A stretch of 64,000 nt of DNA from an uncultured Syntrophobacteraceae bacterium (lineage in GTDB: Bacteria; Desulfobacterota; Binatia; UBA9968). Under the pieces are notes generated by a model. That model saw only the letters and a program-made list of their open reading frames with translations, ran no database searches and was not told the origin of the DNA. The stretch spans positions 16,820 to 80,819 of the forward strand of contig CAYOJC010000006.1 of NCBI GenBank assembly GCA_964404195.1. Direction: 5' to 3'. Made by a program: the position numbers and the translations under genes. Shown piece after piece: positions 28,710-38,898 of the stretch (position 1 is its first letter; every line of letters starts with the position of its first letter).

Positions 28710-28740
28710 CTTGACGTTTGAAGATGCGAGCTTATATTTG
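28710..28740 (+). promoter_or_regulatory. RpoH (sigma-32)-type heat-shock promoter for groES-groEL
   Basis: CTTG at 28710-28713, 17-nt spacer, CTTATATTTG at 28731-28740: exact fit to the alpha-proteobacterial sigma-32 consensus CTTG-N17-CYTATNTNNG. No CIRCE inverted repeat present. Confidence 0.55.
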
Positions 28741-28796
28741 CATTCAATCCACGGTCCCGTCATCATAAATTTATGTCTTATTGAGGAGGGTTCGTT

Positions 28797-29087
28797 ATGG
28801 CGCTCAAGGTTCGTCCCCTGCATGACAGGGTAATAGTCAAGAGAATCGAGGAAGAAGAAAAAACCAAGGGCGGAATCATTATCCCGGACACCGCCAAGGA
28901 AAAGCCTCAAGAGGGCCGCGTCGTAGCGGTAGGCGCAGGCAAGCATGAAGACGGCAAGGTTATCCCGCTCGACGTGAAGGCCGGCGACAAGATCCTGTTC
29001 GGGAAATATTCCGGGGCTGAGATCAAGCTCGATGGCGAAGATCATCTCATTATGCGTGAAGAGGATATTTTAGGAATTATCGAATAA
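28797..29087 (+). CDS. groES: co-chaperonin GroES
   Basis: [29 protein letters not shown] canonical. Confidence 0.97.
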   Translation: MALKVRPLHDRVIVKRIEEEEKTKGGIIIPDTAKEKPQEGRVVAVGAGKHEDGKVIPLDVKAGDKILFGKYSGAEIKLDGEDHLIMREEDILGIIE

Positions 29088-30719
<1,632 letters not shown>

Positions 30720-30929
30720 TCCGGGCGGCCATAAAGGCCCATCTACCATAGCTCGCCACTGGCGTGCGTTAAGATGGTTGCGCTCGGCCCACTTCGCGTC
30801 AACGTACTAAAAGAGTACGCCTCCGCTCGCGAACCTTCGCGCGCCTTGTAGCTGGGAACCTTCGACTAAGCTCGGGTCAGGCTTTTTCTGACCGCCCGGG
30901 AATACTGACTGATTAAAATTGTTGCTAGA

Positions 30930-30964
30930 AAGGGCGTCTGGAATTCCAGACGCCCTTTTTTGTC
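30930..30964 (+). terminator. rho-independent terminator of groESL
   Basis: agggcgtctgg aatt ccagacgccct followed by TTTTTTTG. Confidence 0.8.
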
Positions 30965-30971
30965 GCGCAAA

Positions 30972-31000
30972 AAAAGGGAGAGAATTTCTTCTCTCCCCCG
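30972..31000 (-). terminator. rho-independent terminator serving the minus-strand hsp20 remnant
   Basis: gggagaga atttctt ctctccc with an A7 run on the plus strand (T7 on the minus strand). Confidence 0.55.
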
Positions 31001-31020
31001 GAATCGAAGCGAGTCAGCGA

Positions 31021-31135
31021 TTAGTTAACGCTGACCGTGATATGCTTCGGCTTGGCCTCTTCGGCTTTCGGGACATAGACTTCCAGAATGCCGTCCCGGT
31101 AGGTCGCCTTGATCGCGTCGTGCTTTCCGGTCCTT
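31021..31135 (-). pseudogene. C-terminal remnant (~35 codons) of an Hsp20/alpha-crystallin gene
   Basis: Translates to ...GKHDAIKATYRDGILEVYVPKAEEAKPKHITVSVN*; frame opens after a TAA at an A-run; no room for an N-terminus before the intact plus-strand hsp20. Confidence 0.65.
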
Positions 31136-31253
31136 TTTTTAATTTTTCTACGAAAAAGTTAATTACGGTCCGCCATGCTGTCAAGTATTCGGCGGCTACC
31201 TTGACAAGGTGGACTTCGAGACCTAGCTTTAAAAGACCGGAGGAATTTACTTT

Positions 31254-31667
31254 ATGGCATGGGACCCGTTGATGTGGCGGCAGGCGAGCGATTTGTTGGA
31301 GCATGCCGAGCGCATCCAGAGATGTTTTTTGCAGGCGGCGCTGGGCGGTTTGCAAGCGTCCATCAGTCACACGGCCCGTTGGTCGCCGGCGATCAATGTC
31401 GTGGAAACCGACCGGGACTTGTGGGTGATTTTCGCCCTGGCGGGCGTTGCCGCGCGTCAGATGGAAGTAAGATTGGAAGCAGGGGAGTTGATTGTTTCGG
31501 GACACCGTCCGCTTCCCGACTGTTTTTCAGACGGCGATCTCAAGGTCCTGGAAATCCCTTTCGGGCGATTTGAGCGCCGCTTGCAGTTACCGCGAGACGT
31601 TTCCCTCTCGATCGGAGAGGTGCGTCAGCACGAAGGATTGTTGTTTATTCAATTAAGGAAAACATGA
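31254..31667 (+). CDS. Hsp20 family small heat-shock protein
   Basis: Alpha-crystallin domain SPAINVVETDRDLWVIFALAGVAARQMEVRLEAGELIVSGHR...LEIPFGRFERRLQLPRDV. TTGACA -35-like hexamer ~50 nt upstream. Stop overlaps the lon start (ATGA). Confidence 0.8.
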   Translation: MAWDPLMWRQASDLLEHAERIQRCFLQAALGGLQASISHTARWSPAINVVETDRDLWVIFALAGVAARQMEVRLEAGELIVSGHRPLPDCFSDGDLKVLEIPFGRFERRLQLPRDVSLSIGEVRQHEGLLFIQLRKT

Positions 31668-34117
31668 TGGCCAAAGAAAACGACGACAAGAATACCCCGA
31701 GCGAGGCGGTTGCAGCCGAGGAAAAGCCGCAAAAACCGAAACGCACCCGCGCTTTGCCGACCGATGCCCTGATTATTCTTCCGTTGCGAAATACCGTGCT
31801 TTTTCCTTCGACCATCGCGCCTTTGACCGCGGCCCGGCCCGCGAGCACCAAGGGCGTCGAGGAGGCGGTCCGTCAAGAGATGCCGATCGGGATCGTCGCT
31901 CAACGCGATCCCAAAGTGGACGCCCCGCAGCCTAAAGATCTTTACGAAGTCGGGACCGTCGGCGATATTCTGCGTATGGTGAGCTTAACCGACGGCCAAC
32001 GGCAGATCCTCGTTCAGGGCCGGCAGCGGTTTAAGATTCTCGATTTTATCCAAACCGAGCCGTATCTGGTTGCGCGGGTTCTACTATTCGCCGAGCCCGT
32101 GCCGAAAAACAAGGAGTTCGAAGCGCGGATTCTCCATCTCCGTCAGGAAGCGCACAGGGCCTGGTCGCTGCTGCCCGAGCCGGAGCCGAATTTATCTTTT
32201 GCGCTGCAAAATCTCGACGACGCGCCCGCGCTGATCGACTTCATCGCCTCGTCGCTCGATCTCTCGGTGGCCGAGAAGCAGGAAATTTTGGAGACCACCG
32301 ACCTCGAGGCGCGCGGGGAGAAAGTCTCGGAGAAACTGGCCCATCAAATCGAAATCCTCGAGCTCACGAAAAAGATCGGCAGCGAGGCCAAGGGCTCTAT
32401 GGACAAGGCGCAGCGCGACTACATCTTGCGCGAGCAATTGAAGGCGATCCAAAAAGAATTGGGCGAGGGAGACTCGAATCCCAAGAGCGCGGAGATCGCC
32501 GAGCTGCGCAAGAAAATCGCCGAGGCGAAAATGCCGCCGGAGGTGGAGAAGGAGGCGCTCAAGGAAGTTTCCCGGATGGAGCGCATGCCGGAAGGCGCGG
32601 CCGAATATTCCATGGTCCGCACGTACGTCGATTGGCTCATCGAGCTGCCGTGGAGCGTTGCGACCGAAGAGCAGATCGACCTTCCCAAGGCGCGCCAGGT
32701 CCTGGATGAAGATCACTACGACCTGGAGCGGGTGAAGAAGCGCATCCTCGAATTTCTCGCGATCCGCAAACTCAATCCGGCCGGGAAAAGCCCGATCTTT
32801 TGTTTCGTCGGTCCGCCCGGCGTGGGCAAGACGTCTCTAGGACAAAGCATCGCGCGCGCCACCAACCGGAAATTCGTGCGCGGGAGTCTCGGCGGCGTTC
32901 ACGACGAGGCGGAGATTCGCGGCCATCGGCGCACCTACATCGGCGCGCTGCCGGGCCGGATCATCCAAGGCATTCGCAGAGCCGGCAGCAAAAATCCGGT
33001 TTTCATGCTGGACGAAGTGGACAAGCTCAGCGCGAGTTTTCAGGGCGACCCGAGCGCGGCGTTGCTGGAGGTGCTCGATCCGGAGCAAAACGCCACCTTC
33101 GAAGATCATTATTTAGATGTGCCGTTCGATCTGAGCCAGGTCTTTTTTATCACGACGGCCAACGTGCTCGATGCGATTCCCCGCCCGCTGCGCGACCGCA
33201 TGGAAGTGATCGAGCTGCCGGGTTATGCGGAAGAAGACAAGTTGATGATTGCCCGCCGCTATCTCCTGCCGCGTCAACTGAAGGCCACCGGCTTGCAGCC
33301 GGGTCAGTTGAATCTGACTGACGACGCGTTGCGGGAAGTGATCAGCGCGTACACGCGCGAGGCCGGTGTCCGACAATTGGAGCGCGAGATCGCAGCGATC
33401 TGCCGGGGCGTGGCCGTTCGTATCGCTGAAGGAGCAACGGAGAATGTCGCCGTCGATGTCGATTCGGTAGCGGCCTACCTCGGTCCGGCCAAATTTTACA
33501 ACGAAGTCGCGCTGCGCACCAGTTTGCCGGGCGTGGCGACCGGCCTGGCGTGGACTCCCGTGGGCGGCGATATTCTCTTCATCGAGGCGACGAAGATGCC
33601 GGGGGACGGCAAGCTGTTGCTCACGGGCCAGTTGGGCGATGTCATGAAGGAAAGCGCGCAGGCGGCGCTGAGCTTGATTAAGTCACGGGCCGAAATGCTC
33701 GGATTGGATCCCGAGGGCTTCAAAAAACAAGACATCCATGTTCACATTCCCGCCGGCGCCATTCCCAAGGATGGACCGAGCGCGGGCGTGACGCTCTTCG
33801 TCGCGCTGGTCTCGCTCCTGACCGGACGCCGGGTTAGAAACGACGTCGCCATGACCGGGGAAATCAGCCTGCGTGGATTGGTGTTGCCCGTGGGCGGCAT
33901 CAAAGAAAAAGTCCTCGCGGCAAAACGTGCGGGGATCTCGGCGGTGTTGCTGCCTAAATTGAACCGCAAAGATCTGGAAGAAATTTCCGCGACGGCCCTT
34001 GAAGGGATGAAGTTTGAATTCCTCGAAACGGCGGACCAGGCGCTGATGCAGGCGCTGGAGCCGGCAGAGACCGACGCGAGCTACCGGCACGAAGACCGGG
34101 CGTCCTTTCCGCAATAA
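31664..34117 (+). CDS. lon: ATP-dependent Lon protease
   Basis: N-domain, AAA+ Walker A GPPGVGKTSLG and catalytic Ser-Lys dyad region PKDGPSAGV; 817 aa. Confidence 0.95.
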   Translation: MMAKENDDKNTPSEAVAAEEKPQKPKRTRALPTDALIILPLRNTVLFPSTIAPLTAARPASTKGVEEAVRQEMPIGIVAQRDPKVDAPQPKDLYEVGTVGDILRMVSLTDGQRQILVQGRQRFKILDFIQTEPYLVARVLLFAEPVPKNKEFEARILHLRQEAHRAWSLLPEPEPNLSFALQNLDDAPALIDFIASSLDLSVAEKQEILETTDLEARGEKVSEKLAHQIEILELTKKIGSEAKGSMDKAQRDYILREQLKAIQKELGEGDSNPKSAEIAELRKKIAEAKMPPEVEKEALKEVSRMERMPEGAAEYSMVRTYVDWLIELPWSVATEEQIDLPKARQVLDEDHYDLERVKKRILEFLAIRKLNPAGKSPIFCFVGPPGVGKTSLGQSIARATNRKFVRGSLGGVHDEAEIRGHRRTYIGALPGRIIQGIRRAGSKNPVFMLDEVDKLSASFQGDPSAALLEVLDPEQNATFEDHYLDVPFDLSQVFFITTANVLDAIPRPLRDRMEVIELPGYAEEDKLMIARRYLLPRQLKATGLQPGQLNLTDDALREVISAYTREAGVRQLEREIAAICRGVAVRIAEGATENVAVDVDSVAAYLGPAKFYNEVALRTSLPGVATGLAWTPVGGDILFIEATKMPGDGKLLLTGQLGDVMKESAQAALSLIKSRAEMLGLDPEGFKKQDIHVHIPAGAIPKDGPSAGVTLFVALVSLLTGRRVRNDVAMTGEISLRGLVLPVGGIKEKVLAAKRAGISAVLLPKLNRKDLEEISATALEGMKFEFLETADQALMQALEPAETDASYRHEDRASFPQ

Positions 34118-34289
34118 CATTCTCCTATTTTTTTGTGCTGTAAGGCCGGCGCAGAGGTGTGGCCGAAAAAAATCGCCGGTATAACAGGCGATAGACGAAA
34201 CCAATGGCTGATCCGTGCTCGTGATCGTGGGAACGGGACGAACACGAAACTTCGAAGGACTGCTTCAGAGTTACACGAACACGGTTCTA

Positions 34290-34712
34290 TTATTTTGCCG
34301 GGACAATCGTGGGTTTTCCTTTGTCATAGAGGGCGAACACGATCGCTTTCAGAGGTTCCGTCTTGCTGGGGTTTTTAACGTCATGCACCATGTTGGGCTC
34401 TATGTGAATGACTGAGCCGCGGCGTTGTGTGATCGGAGTCATATTTCCGCCCGCCAAGACCGCCGCGGTGCCTTCCAGAATATAGGCGATCTCGTTTCCC
34501 GGGTGGGAGTGCTTGCCGGTGGCCGCTTCCGGCGCGAACTCGATCAAAAACACCTCCGCTACTTTTCCCGGGACTCCTGGCAACTCCGTTTGCACTAGGG
34601 TTGTGCGCCGGATCTGCTCCTGCGGCTGTTGCGCGTTGAGGAGCCGGTCCGCCGTGAAACCGACGATGATTCCCGCGACCAGAATGGCGATCACCAATGC
34701 CGAACGCTTCAT
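34290..34712 (-). CDS. cupin-domain protein with signal peptide
   Basis: GKHSHPGNEIAYILEGT...IHIEPNMVHDVKN two-motif cupin signature; start at MKRSALV (TM/signal). Track ORF has a spurious 64-aa N-extension. Confidence 0.7.
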   Translation of the reverse strand: MKRSALVIAILVAGIIVGFTADRLLNAQQPQEQIRRTTLVQTELPGVPGKVAEVFLIEFAPEAATGKHSHPGNEIAYILEGTAAVLAGGNMTPITQRRGSVIHIEPNMVHDVKNPSKTEPLKAIVFALYDKGKPTIVPAK

Positions 34713-34916
34713 AACTTTCCTCCCGCACCGGACTATAGGTGCGGGGTTGGGAAATTGCAACGAACCGCGGCATTTTTGCTCTTTCGACTTCTCCGCCTCT
34801 CTCTGCGATTTCCTTGACTTCCCGGCGGTTTTCCAATAGAAAAAAATTGGTTGTCCGCGGCGGTTCCAGAGCTTCTCAACGGCCTGTCTTAACGTGACCC
34901 CCAACGTGGTCTATTA

Positions 34917-35273
34917 ATGAGCGATCCTTATTTTCCTGTCCTGGTTCTTTTTTTCATTGCCGGAGTGGTCGTGTTGGGACTGCTCCTGATCGCGCAAACG
35001 GCCGGCCCAAAAAGGCCGAGCCCGGTCAAAGCGGAACCTTTCGAGTCGGGAAATCCGCCGAAAGGCGACGCCCGCATTCGTTTTCCGGTAAAGTTCTATC
35101 TGGTAGCGATGCTTTTTCTCATCTTCGACTTGGAAGCCGTTTTTCTCTATCCCTGGGCCGTCACGTTTCGCCGCCTGGGGATTTTCGGCCTCGTGGAGAT
35201 GGGGATTTTTTTGCTCATCGCCGTGATCGGCTTTATGTATGCCTGGAAAAAAGGCGCGCTGGAGTTGGAGTAA
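34917..35273 (+). CDS. nuoA: NADH-quinone oxidoreductase subunit A
   Basis: Three TM helices, FESGNPP...FDLEAVFLYPWA motif. Confidence 0.92.
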   Translation: MSDPYFPVLVLFFIAGVVVLGLLLIAQTAGPKRPSPVKAEPFESGNPPKGDARIRFPVKFYLVAMLFLIFDLEAVFLYPWAVTFRRLGIFGLVEMGIFLLIAVIGFMYAWKKGALELE

Positions 35274-35279
35274 TTTTCA

Positions 35280-35843
35280 ATGCCGGAAGAGAGCCCGCGC
35301 ATTCAATATCTCAGCGGCAAATTCGGCGCGCTGATTCTTGAATCGCATGCGCATCACGGCGACGAGACGGTCGTCATCCGCCGGGAGGGATTGCTGGAGA
35401 TCGTCCGCTCTCTCAAAGAAGATCCCCAAATGGACTTCGATTTTCTCGCGGACATCACCGCGGTCGATTATTTGGGGAAAAAAGAGCCGCGCTTCGAAGC
35501 GGTCTATCACCTGCTTTCCTTGCAGAGCCATCGCCGCATCCGCGTCAAAGTCCCGGTGCCGGAAGATCAGCCGGAAGTCGATTCTCTGACGCCGCTGTGG
35601 AAGGGGGCGAACTGGCTGGAGCGCGAGGTCTGGGACATGTTCGGCATTCGCTTTCGCGGCCACCCCGATTTAAGGCGCATCCTGCTCTACGAGGAGTTCC
35701 GCGGCTACCCGCTGCGGAAAGACTATCCGGTGAACCAGCGCCAGCCGCTGATTCCCGAGCGGCCGCTCGCGGGAACTTTCGTCGACACTCGGTCGGACAA
35801 TAAACTCTTGCAACTGCAGCAGAAGGCCGAGCGCAAGCCATAA
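35280..35843 (+). CDS. nuoC: NADH-quinone oxidoreductase subunit C (30 kDa)
   Basis: ADITAVDY...FEAVYHLLSL...WLEREVWDMFGIRFRGHPDLRRIL. Starts 6 nt after the nuoA stop, so no nuoB. Confidence 0.92.
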   Translation: MPEESPRIQYLSGKFGALILESHAHHGDETVVIRREGLLEIVRSLKEDPQMDFDFLADITAVDYLGKKEPRFEAVYHLLSLQSHRRIRVKVPVPEDQPEVDSLTPLWKGANWLEREVWDMFGIRFRGHPDLRRILLYEEFRGYPLRKDYPVNQRQPLIPERPLAGTFVDTRSDNKLLQLQQKAERKP

Positions 35844-35851
35844 GCGGCGCC

Positions 35852-37042
35852 ATGAAACCCGAAACGAAAGAATTGCCGATCGAGCCGATGGATCTCCAGA
35901 TGGGACCTTCCCATCCGGCGACCCATGGAACGATCAAATTCAATCTCAAGCTCGAAGGCGAGAAAGTGCTTGCTTGCGACACCGAGGTCGGCTACCTGCA
36001 TCGCGGTTTCGACAAAATGTCCGAGCAGGCGACCTGGACTCAAGTCATTCCTTATACCGACCGGTTGAACTACGTCTCGCCGCTCATCAACAACGTGGGC
36101 TATGCGCTGGCCGTGGAGAAGCTTCTGGGCGTGGAGACGCCGCCGCGCTGCCAGTTTATCCGGACGATCATGAGCGAGATCTCGCGCGTGACGGACCATC
36201 TCACCTGCTGTGGCATGGCGGCTTCCGAGCTCGGCGCGATCACGGCCGGCTTTTACATGATCGAGGCGCGCGAGCTCTTGACGAGAATCATCGAGGCGGT
36301 GACCGGCGCGCGCCTGACGATCACTTACGTGCGGATCGGCGGATTGAAGCACGACCTCACGCCCGACTTCGCCGAGCAGGTGGCTCAGGCATTCCGCAAA
36401 GTGCGGCAGCTTTTGTCCGATTGCGATAAGCTGCTCTCGCGCAACCGGATCTTCATCGACCGGATGTCCAACGTCGGCGTGATTTCCCGGGAGACGGCGA
36501 TCGACTACGGGCTGACCGGGCCGATTCTCCGCTCCACGGGAGTCAACTACGACGTCCGCAAAGCGAATCCCTATTTGATTTACGACCGGTTGGATTTCAC
36601 GGTTCCGCTGGGGACCAAAGGAGACAACTACGATCGGTTTATCTGCCGCATCCAGGAAATCGAGCAGAGCATGAGGATCGTGGAGCAGGCGCTCAAAAAC
36701 CTGCCGCCGGGCCCGATCTCGCTCGACGATCCGCGCGTCGTGCTGCCGGAAAAAGAAAAGGTTTACAACAGCATCGAAGGCTTGATGCACCACTTCAAGA
36801 TCATCATGGAGGGCATTCAGGTTCCGCCTGGGGAAGTTTATTTTCCCGTCGAGGGCGGCAACGGCGAGCTGGGCTTTTACATCGTAAGCCAGGGCGGAGG
36901 AAAGCCGTATCGGGTGCGCGTGCGCCCGCCCTGCTTCATCGCGATGGGCGCGTTCCACGAGATGATCAAAGGTTACATGCTGGCCGACATCGTGCCGACC
37001 TTCGGGATGATCAACATGATCGGCGGAGAGTGCGATCGATAA
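35852..37042 (+). CDS. nuoD: NADH-quinone oxidoreductase subunit D (49 kDa)
   Basis: MGPSHPATHG...EVGYLHRGFDKM...RIGGLKHDL; not fused to nuoC. Confidence 0.95.
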   Translation: MKPETKELPIEPMDLQMGPSHPATHGTIKFNLKLEGEKVLACDTEVGYLHRGFDKMSEQATWTQVIPYTDRLNYVSPLINNVGYALAVEKLLGVETPPRCQFIRTIMSEISRVTDHLTCCGMAASELGAITAGFYMIEARELLTRIIEAVTGARLTITYVRIGGLKHDLTPDFAEQVAQAFRKVRQLLSDCDKLLSRNRIFIDRMSNVGVISRETAIDYGLTGPILRSTGVNYDVRKANPYLIYDRLDFTVPLGTKGDNYDRFICRIQEIEQSMRIVEQALKNLPPGPISLDDPRVVLPEKEKVYNSIEGLMHHFKIIMEGIQVPPGEVYFPVEGGNGELGFYIVSQGGGKPYRVRVRPPCFIAMGAFHEMIKGYMLADIVPTFGMINMIGGECDR

Positions 37043-37515
37043 TGGCAGTTGAGTTTTCGCAAGAGTCGTTAAAGCGCTTCGACGAGATCATCAGCCGCTA
37101 TCCGAAAAAAGAGGCGGCGATGCTGCCCGTCCTTCGACTGGCTCAGGAGGAGTTCGGCTATCTCAGCGCCGAGGCGATCGAATACGTAGCCGCGATCATG
37201 GGCGTCCCCGCGGCGCGGGTCTACGGCGTCGTTACGTTCTACACGATGCTCAACATGAAGCCGGTCGGCAGGCACCACGTCCAGATCTGCCGGACGCTCC
37301 CCTGCGCGCTGGCGGGCGCGGAGAGGATCACTGCAACGATCAAGGCGAAGCTCGGCATCGGAGTCGGAGCGACCACGCCGGATGGGAGATTCACGCTTTC
37401 GGAAGTCGAGTGCCTGGCCTCCTGTGGCACGGCGCCGATGATGCAGGTGAACGACGATTACTACGAGAATCTGAGAGAGCAAAGCGTGGGCGAAATTCTC
37501 GACAAGCTGAAGTAA
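37042..37515 (+). CDS. nuoE: NADH-quinone oxidoreductase subunit E (24 kDa, 2Fe-2S)
   Basis: [2Fe-2S] cysteine ligands in HHVQICRTLPCALAGA...ECLASCGTAPMMQVN (thioredoxin-like NuoE fold); start overlaps the nuoD stop (TAATG). Confidence 0.92.
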   Translation: MAVEFSQESLKRFDEIISRYPKKEAAMLPVLRLAQEEFGYLSAEAIEYVAAIMGVPAARVYGVVTFYTMLNMKPVGRHHVQICRTLPCALAGAERITATIKAKLGIGVGATTPDGRFTLSEVECLASCGTAPMMQVNDDYYENLREQSVGEILDKLK

Positions 37516-37517
37516 CG

Positions 37518-38798
37518 ATGGAAAAGATTCTTCTACGGAACGTCGGCGCGCCGGACTCGCACACAATCGGAGTTTACCGTTCCCGCGGCGGTTACGGCGC
37601 GCTGGAGAAAGTGCTGCGCGAGATGTCGCCCGAGCGGCTCACCGACGAGATTAAAGCTTCCGGCCTTCGCGGACGCGGCGGCGCGGGTTTTCCCACCGGC
37701 ATGAAGTGGGGCTTTGTCCCCAAGGACAATCCCAAGCCGAAATACGTCGTCTGCAACGCGGACGAGAGCGAGCCCGGAACGTTCAAGGACCGGCTGCTCA
37801 TCGAGAAAGATCCGCACGCGATCGTCGAAGGCACGATCATCGCCGCCTACGCGATTCAGTCGCACACCGCCTTCATCTACATCCGCGGCGAGCTCAGCTT
37901 CGGCGCCAAAGTGCTCGAGCGCGCAATCGACGAAGCCGCAGCGGCGGGATATCTGGGAAAAAATATTCTCGGCTCGGGTTACGACATCGACTTGATTCTC
38001 CACCGCGGCGCGGGCGCGTATATCTGCGGCGAAGAAACCGGGCTGCTCTCTTCGTTGGAAGGCGGCAAAGGCTGGCCCAAGGTCAAGCCGCCGTTCCCGG
38101 CGACGCACGGCCTCTTCGGTTGCCCGACGGTCGTGAACAACGTCGAGACGTTGGCTTCCCTCCCATGGATCGTTGAACAGGGCGCGGCGAGATACGCAGC
38201 GATCGGTACCGAGAAGAGCAAGGGCACGAAACTCTTCAGCGTCAGCGGCCATATCAAAAAACCCGGGGTCTACGAAGTGGACATGGGTTATCCGTTCAAA
38301 AAATTCCTGGAAGAAGATTGCGGCGGCGTGCCGAACGGAAAAAAGTTGAAGGGCGTGATTCCCGGCGGCGCGTCGATGCCGGTGCTGCGCCCCGACGAGC
38401 TCGACGGCATCACGATGGACTACGAATCGTTCCAGGCCGCCGGCACGTTTCTCGGCTCAGGCGGCGTGATCGTTATGGACGAATCGACCTGCATGGTCCG
38501 CGCCGCGTGGAACATCTCCCGTTTCTTCGAGCATGAGTCCTGCGGGCAGTGCAGCCCGTGCCGCGAAGGATGCCACTGGATGGAAAAGATTTTCCGGCGC
38601 ATCGAGCGCGGCGAAGGAAAAGAGGGCGATTTGGATTTGGTCCTGAGCGTGAGCGGCAACATCGCAGGCAACACGATCTGCCCGTTCGGCGACGCGGCCG
38701 CCATGCCCGCCGCCGCCTTCATCAAGAAATATCGAGACGAGTTCGATCAGCACATACGGCAGAAGAGGTGCACGGTAAGGAATGGAGTAATGGAGTGA
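37518..38798 (+). CDS. nuoF: NADH-quinone oxidoreductase subunit F (51 kDa, FMN, 4Fe-4S)
   Basis: GLRGRGGAGFPTGMKW NADH/FMN site, C-terminal 4Fe-4S cluster HESCGQCSPCREGC. The last ~8 codons read into the octad repeat. Confidence 0.95.
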   Translation: MEKILLRNVGAPDSHTIGVYRSRGGYGALEKVLREMSPERLTDEIKASGLRGRGGAGFPTGMKWGFVPKDNPKPKYVVCNADESEPGTFKDRLLIEKDPHAIVEGTIIAAYAIQSHTAFIYIRGELSFGAKVLERAIDEAAAAGYLGKNILGSGYDIDLILHRGAGAYICGEETGLLSSLEGGKGWPKVKPPFPATHGLFGCPTVVNNVETLASLPWIVEQGAARYAAIGTEKSKGTKLFSVSGHIKKPGVYEVDMGYPFKKFLEEDCGGVPNGKKLKGVIPGGASMPVLRPDELDGITMDYESFQAAGTFLGSGGVIVMDESTCMVRAAWNISRFFEHESCGQCSPCREGCHWMEKIFRRIERGEGKEGDLDLVLSVSGNIAGNTICPFGDAAAMPAAAFIKKYRDEFDQHIRQKRCTVRNGVME

Positions 38799-38897
38799 TG
38801 GAGTACTGGAAGGACGGAGTAATGGAGTGTTGGAGTGATGGAGTATTGGGTGCCCTCCGCCCCAGCACTCCAGTACTCCACTACTCCAAGACTCCAG
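38779..38897. repeat. octad-periodic hairpin element; ~9 tandem TGGAGTNN units, then GC-rich centre, then ~4 inverted units (NNACTCCA)
   Basis: ggaatggagtaatggagtgatggagtactggaaggacggagtaatggagtgttggagtgatggagtattggg tgccctccgcccca gcactccagtactccactactccaagactccag. Same family as 60536-60619. Confidence 0.6.
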
Positions 38898-38898
38898 T

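Noticed and set aside
28681-28800. Looked for a CIRCE/HrcA operator upstream of groES
   Set aside because: TTAGCTAGG occurs once but has no inverted partner, so no CIRCE. The region was interpreted as a sigma-32 promoter instead.
30720-31253. Scanned the long intergenic regions (also 25878-26091, 27273-27540, 34118-34290) for tRNA/tmRNA/RNase P-like cloverleaf or conserved boxes
   Set aside because: No T-loop GTTCRANYC or anticodon-stem architecture was recognised. The regions are explained by gene remnants, terminators and hairpins.
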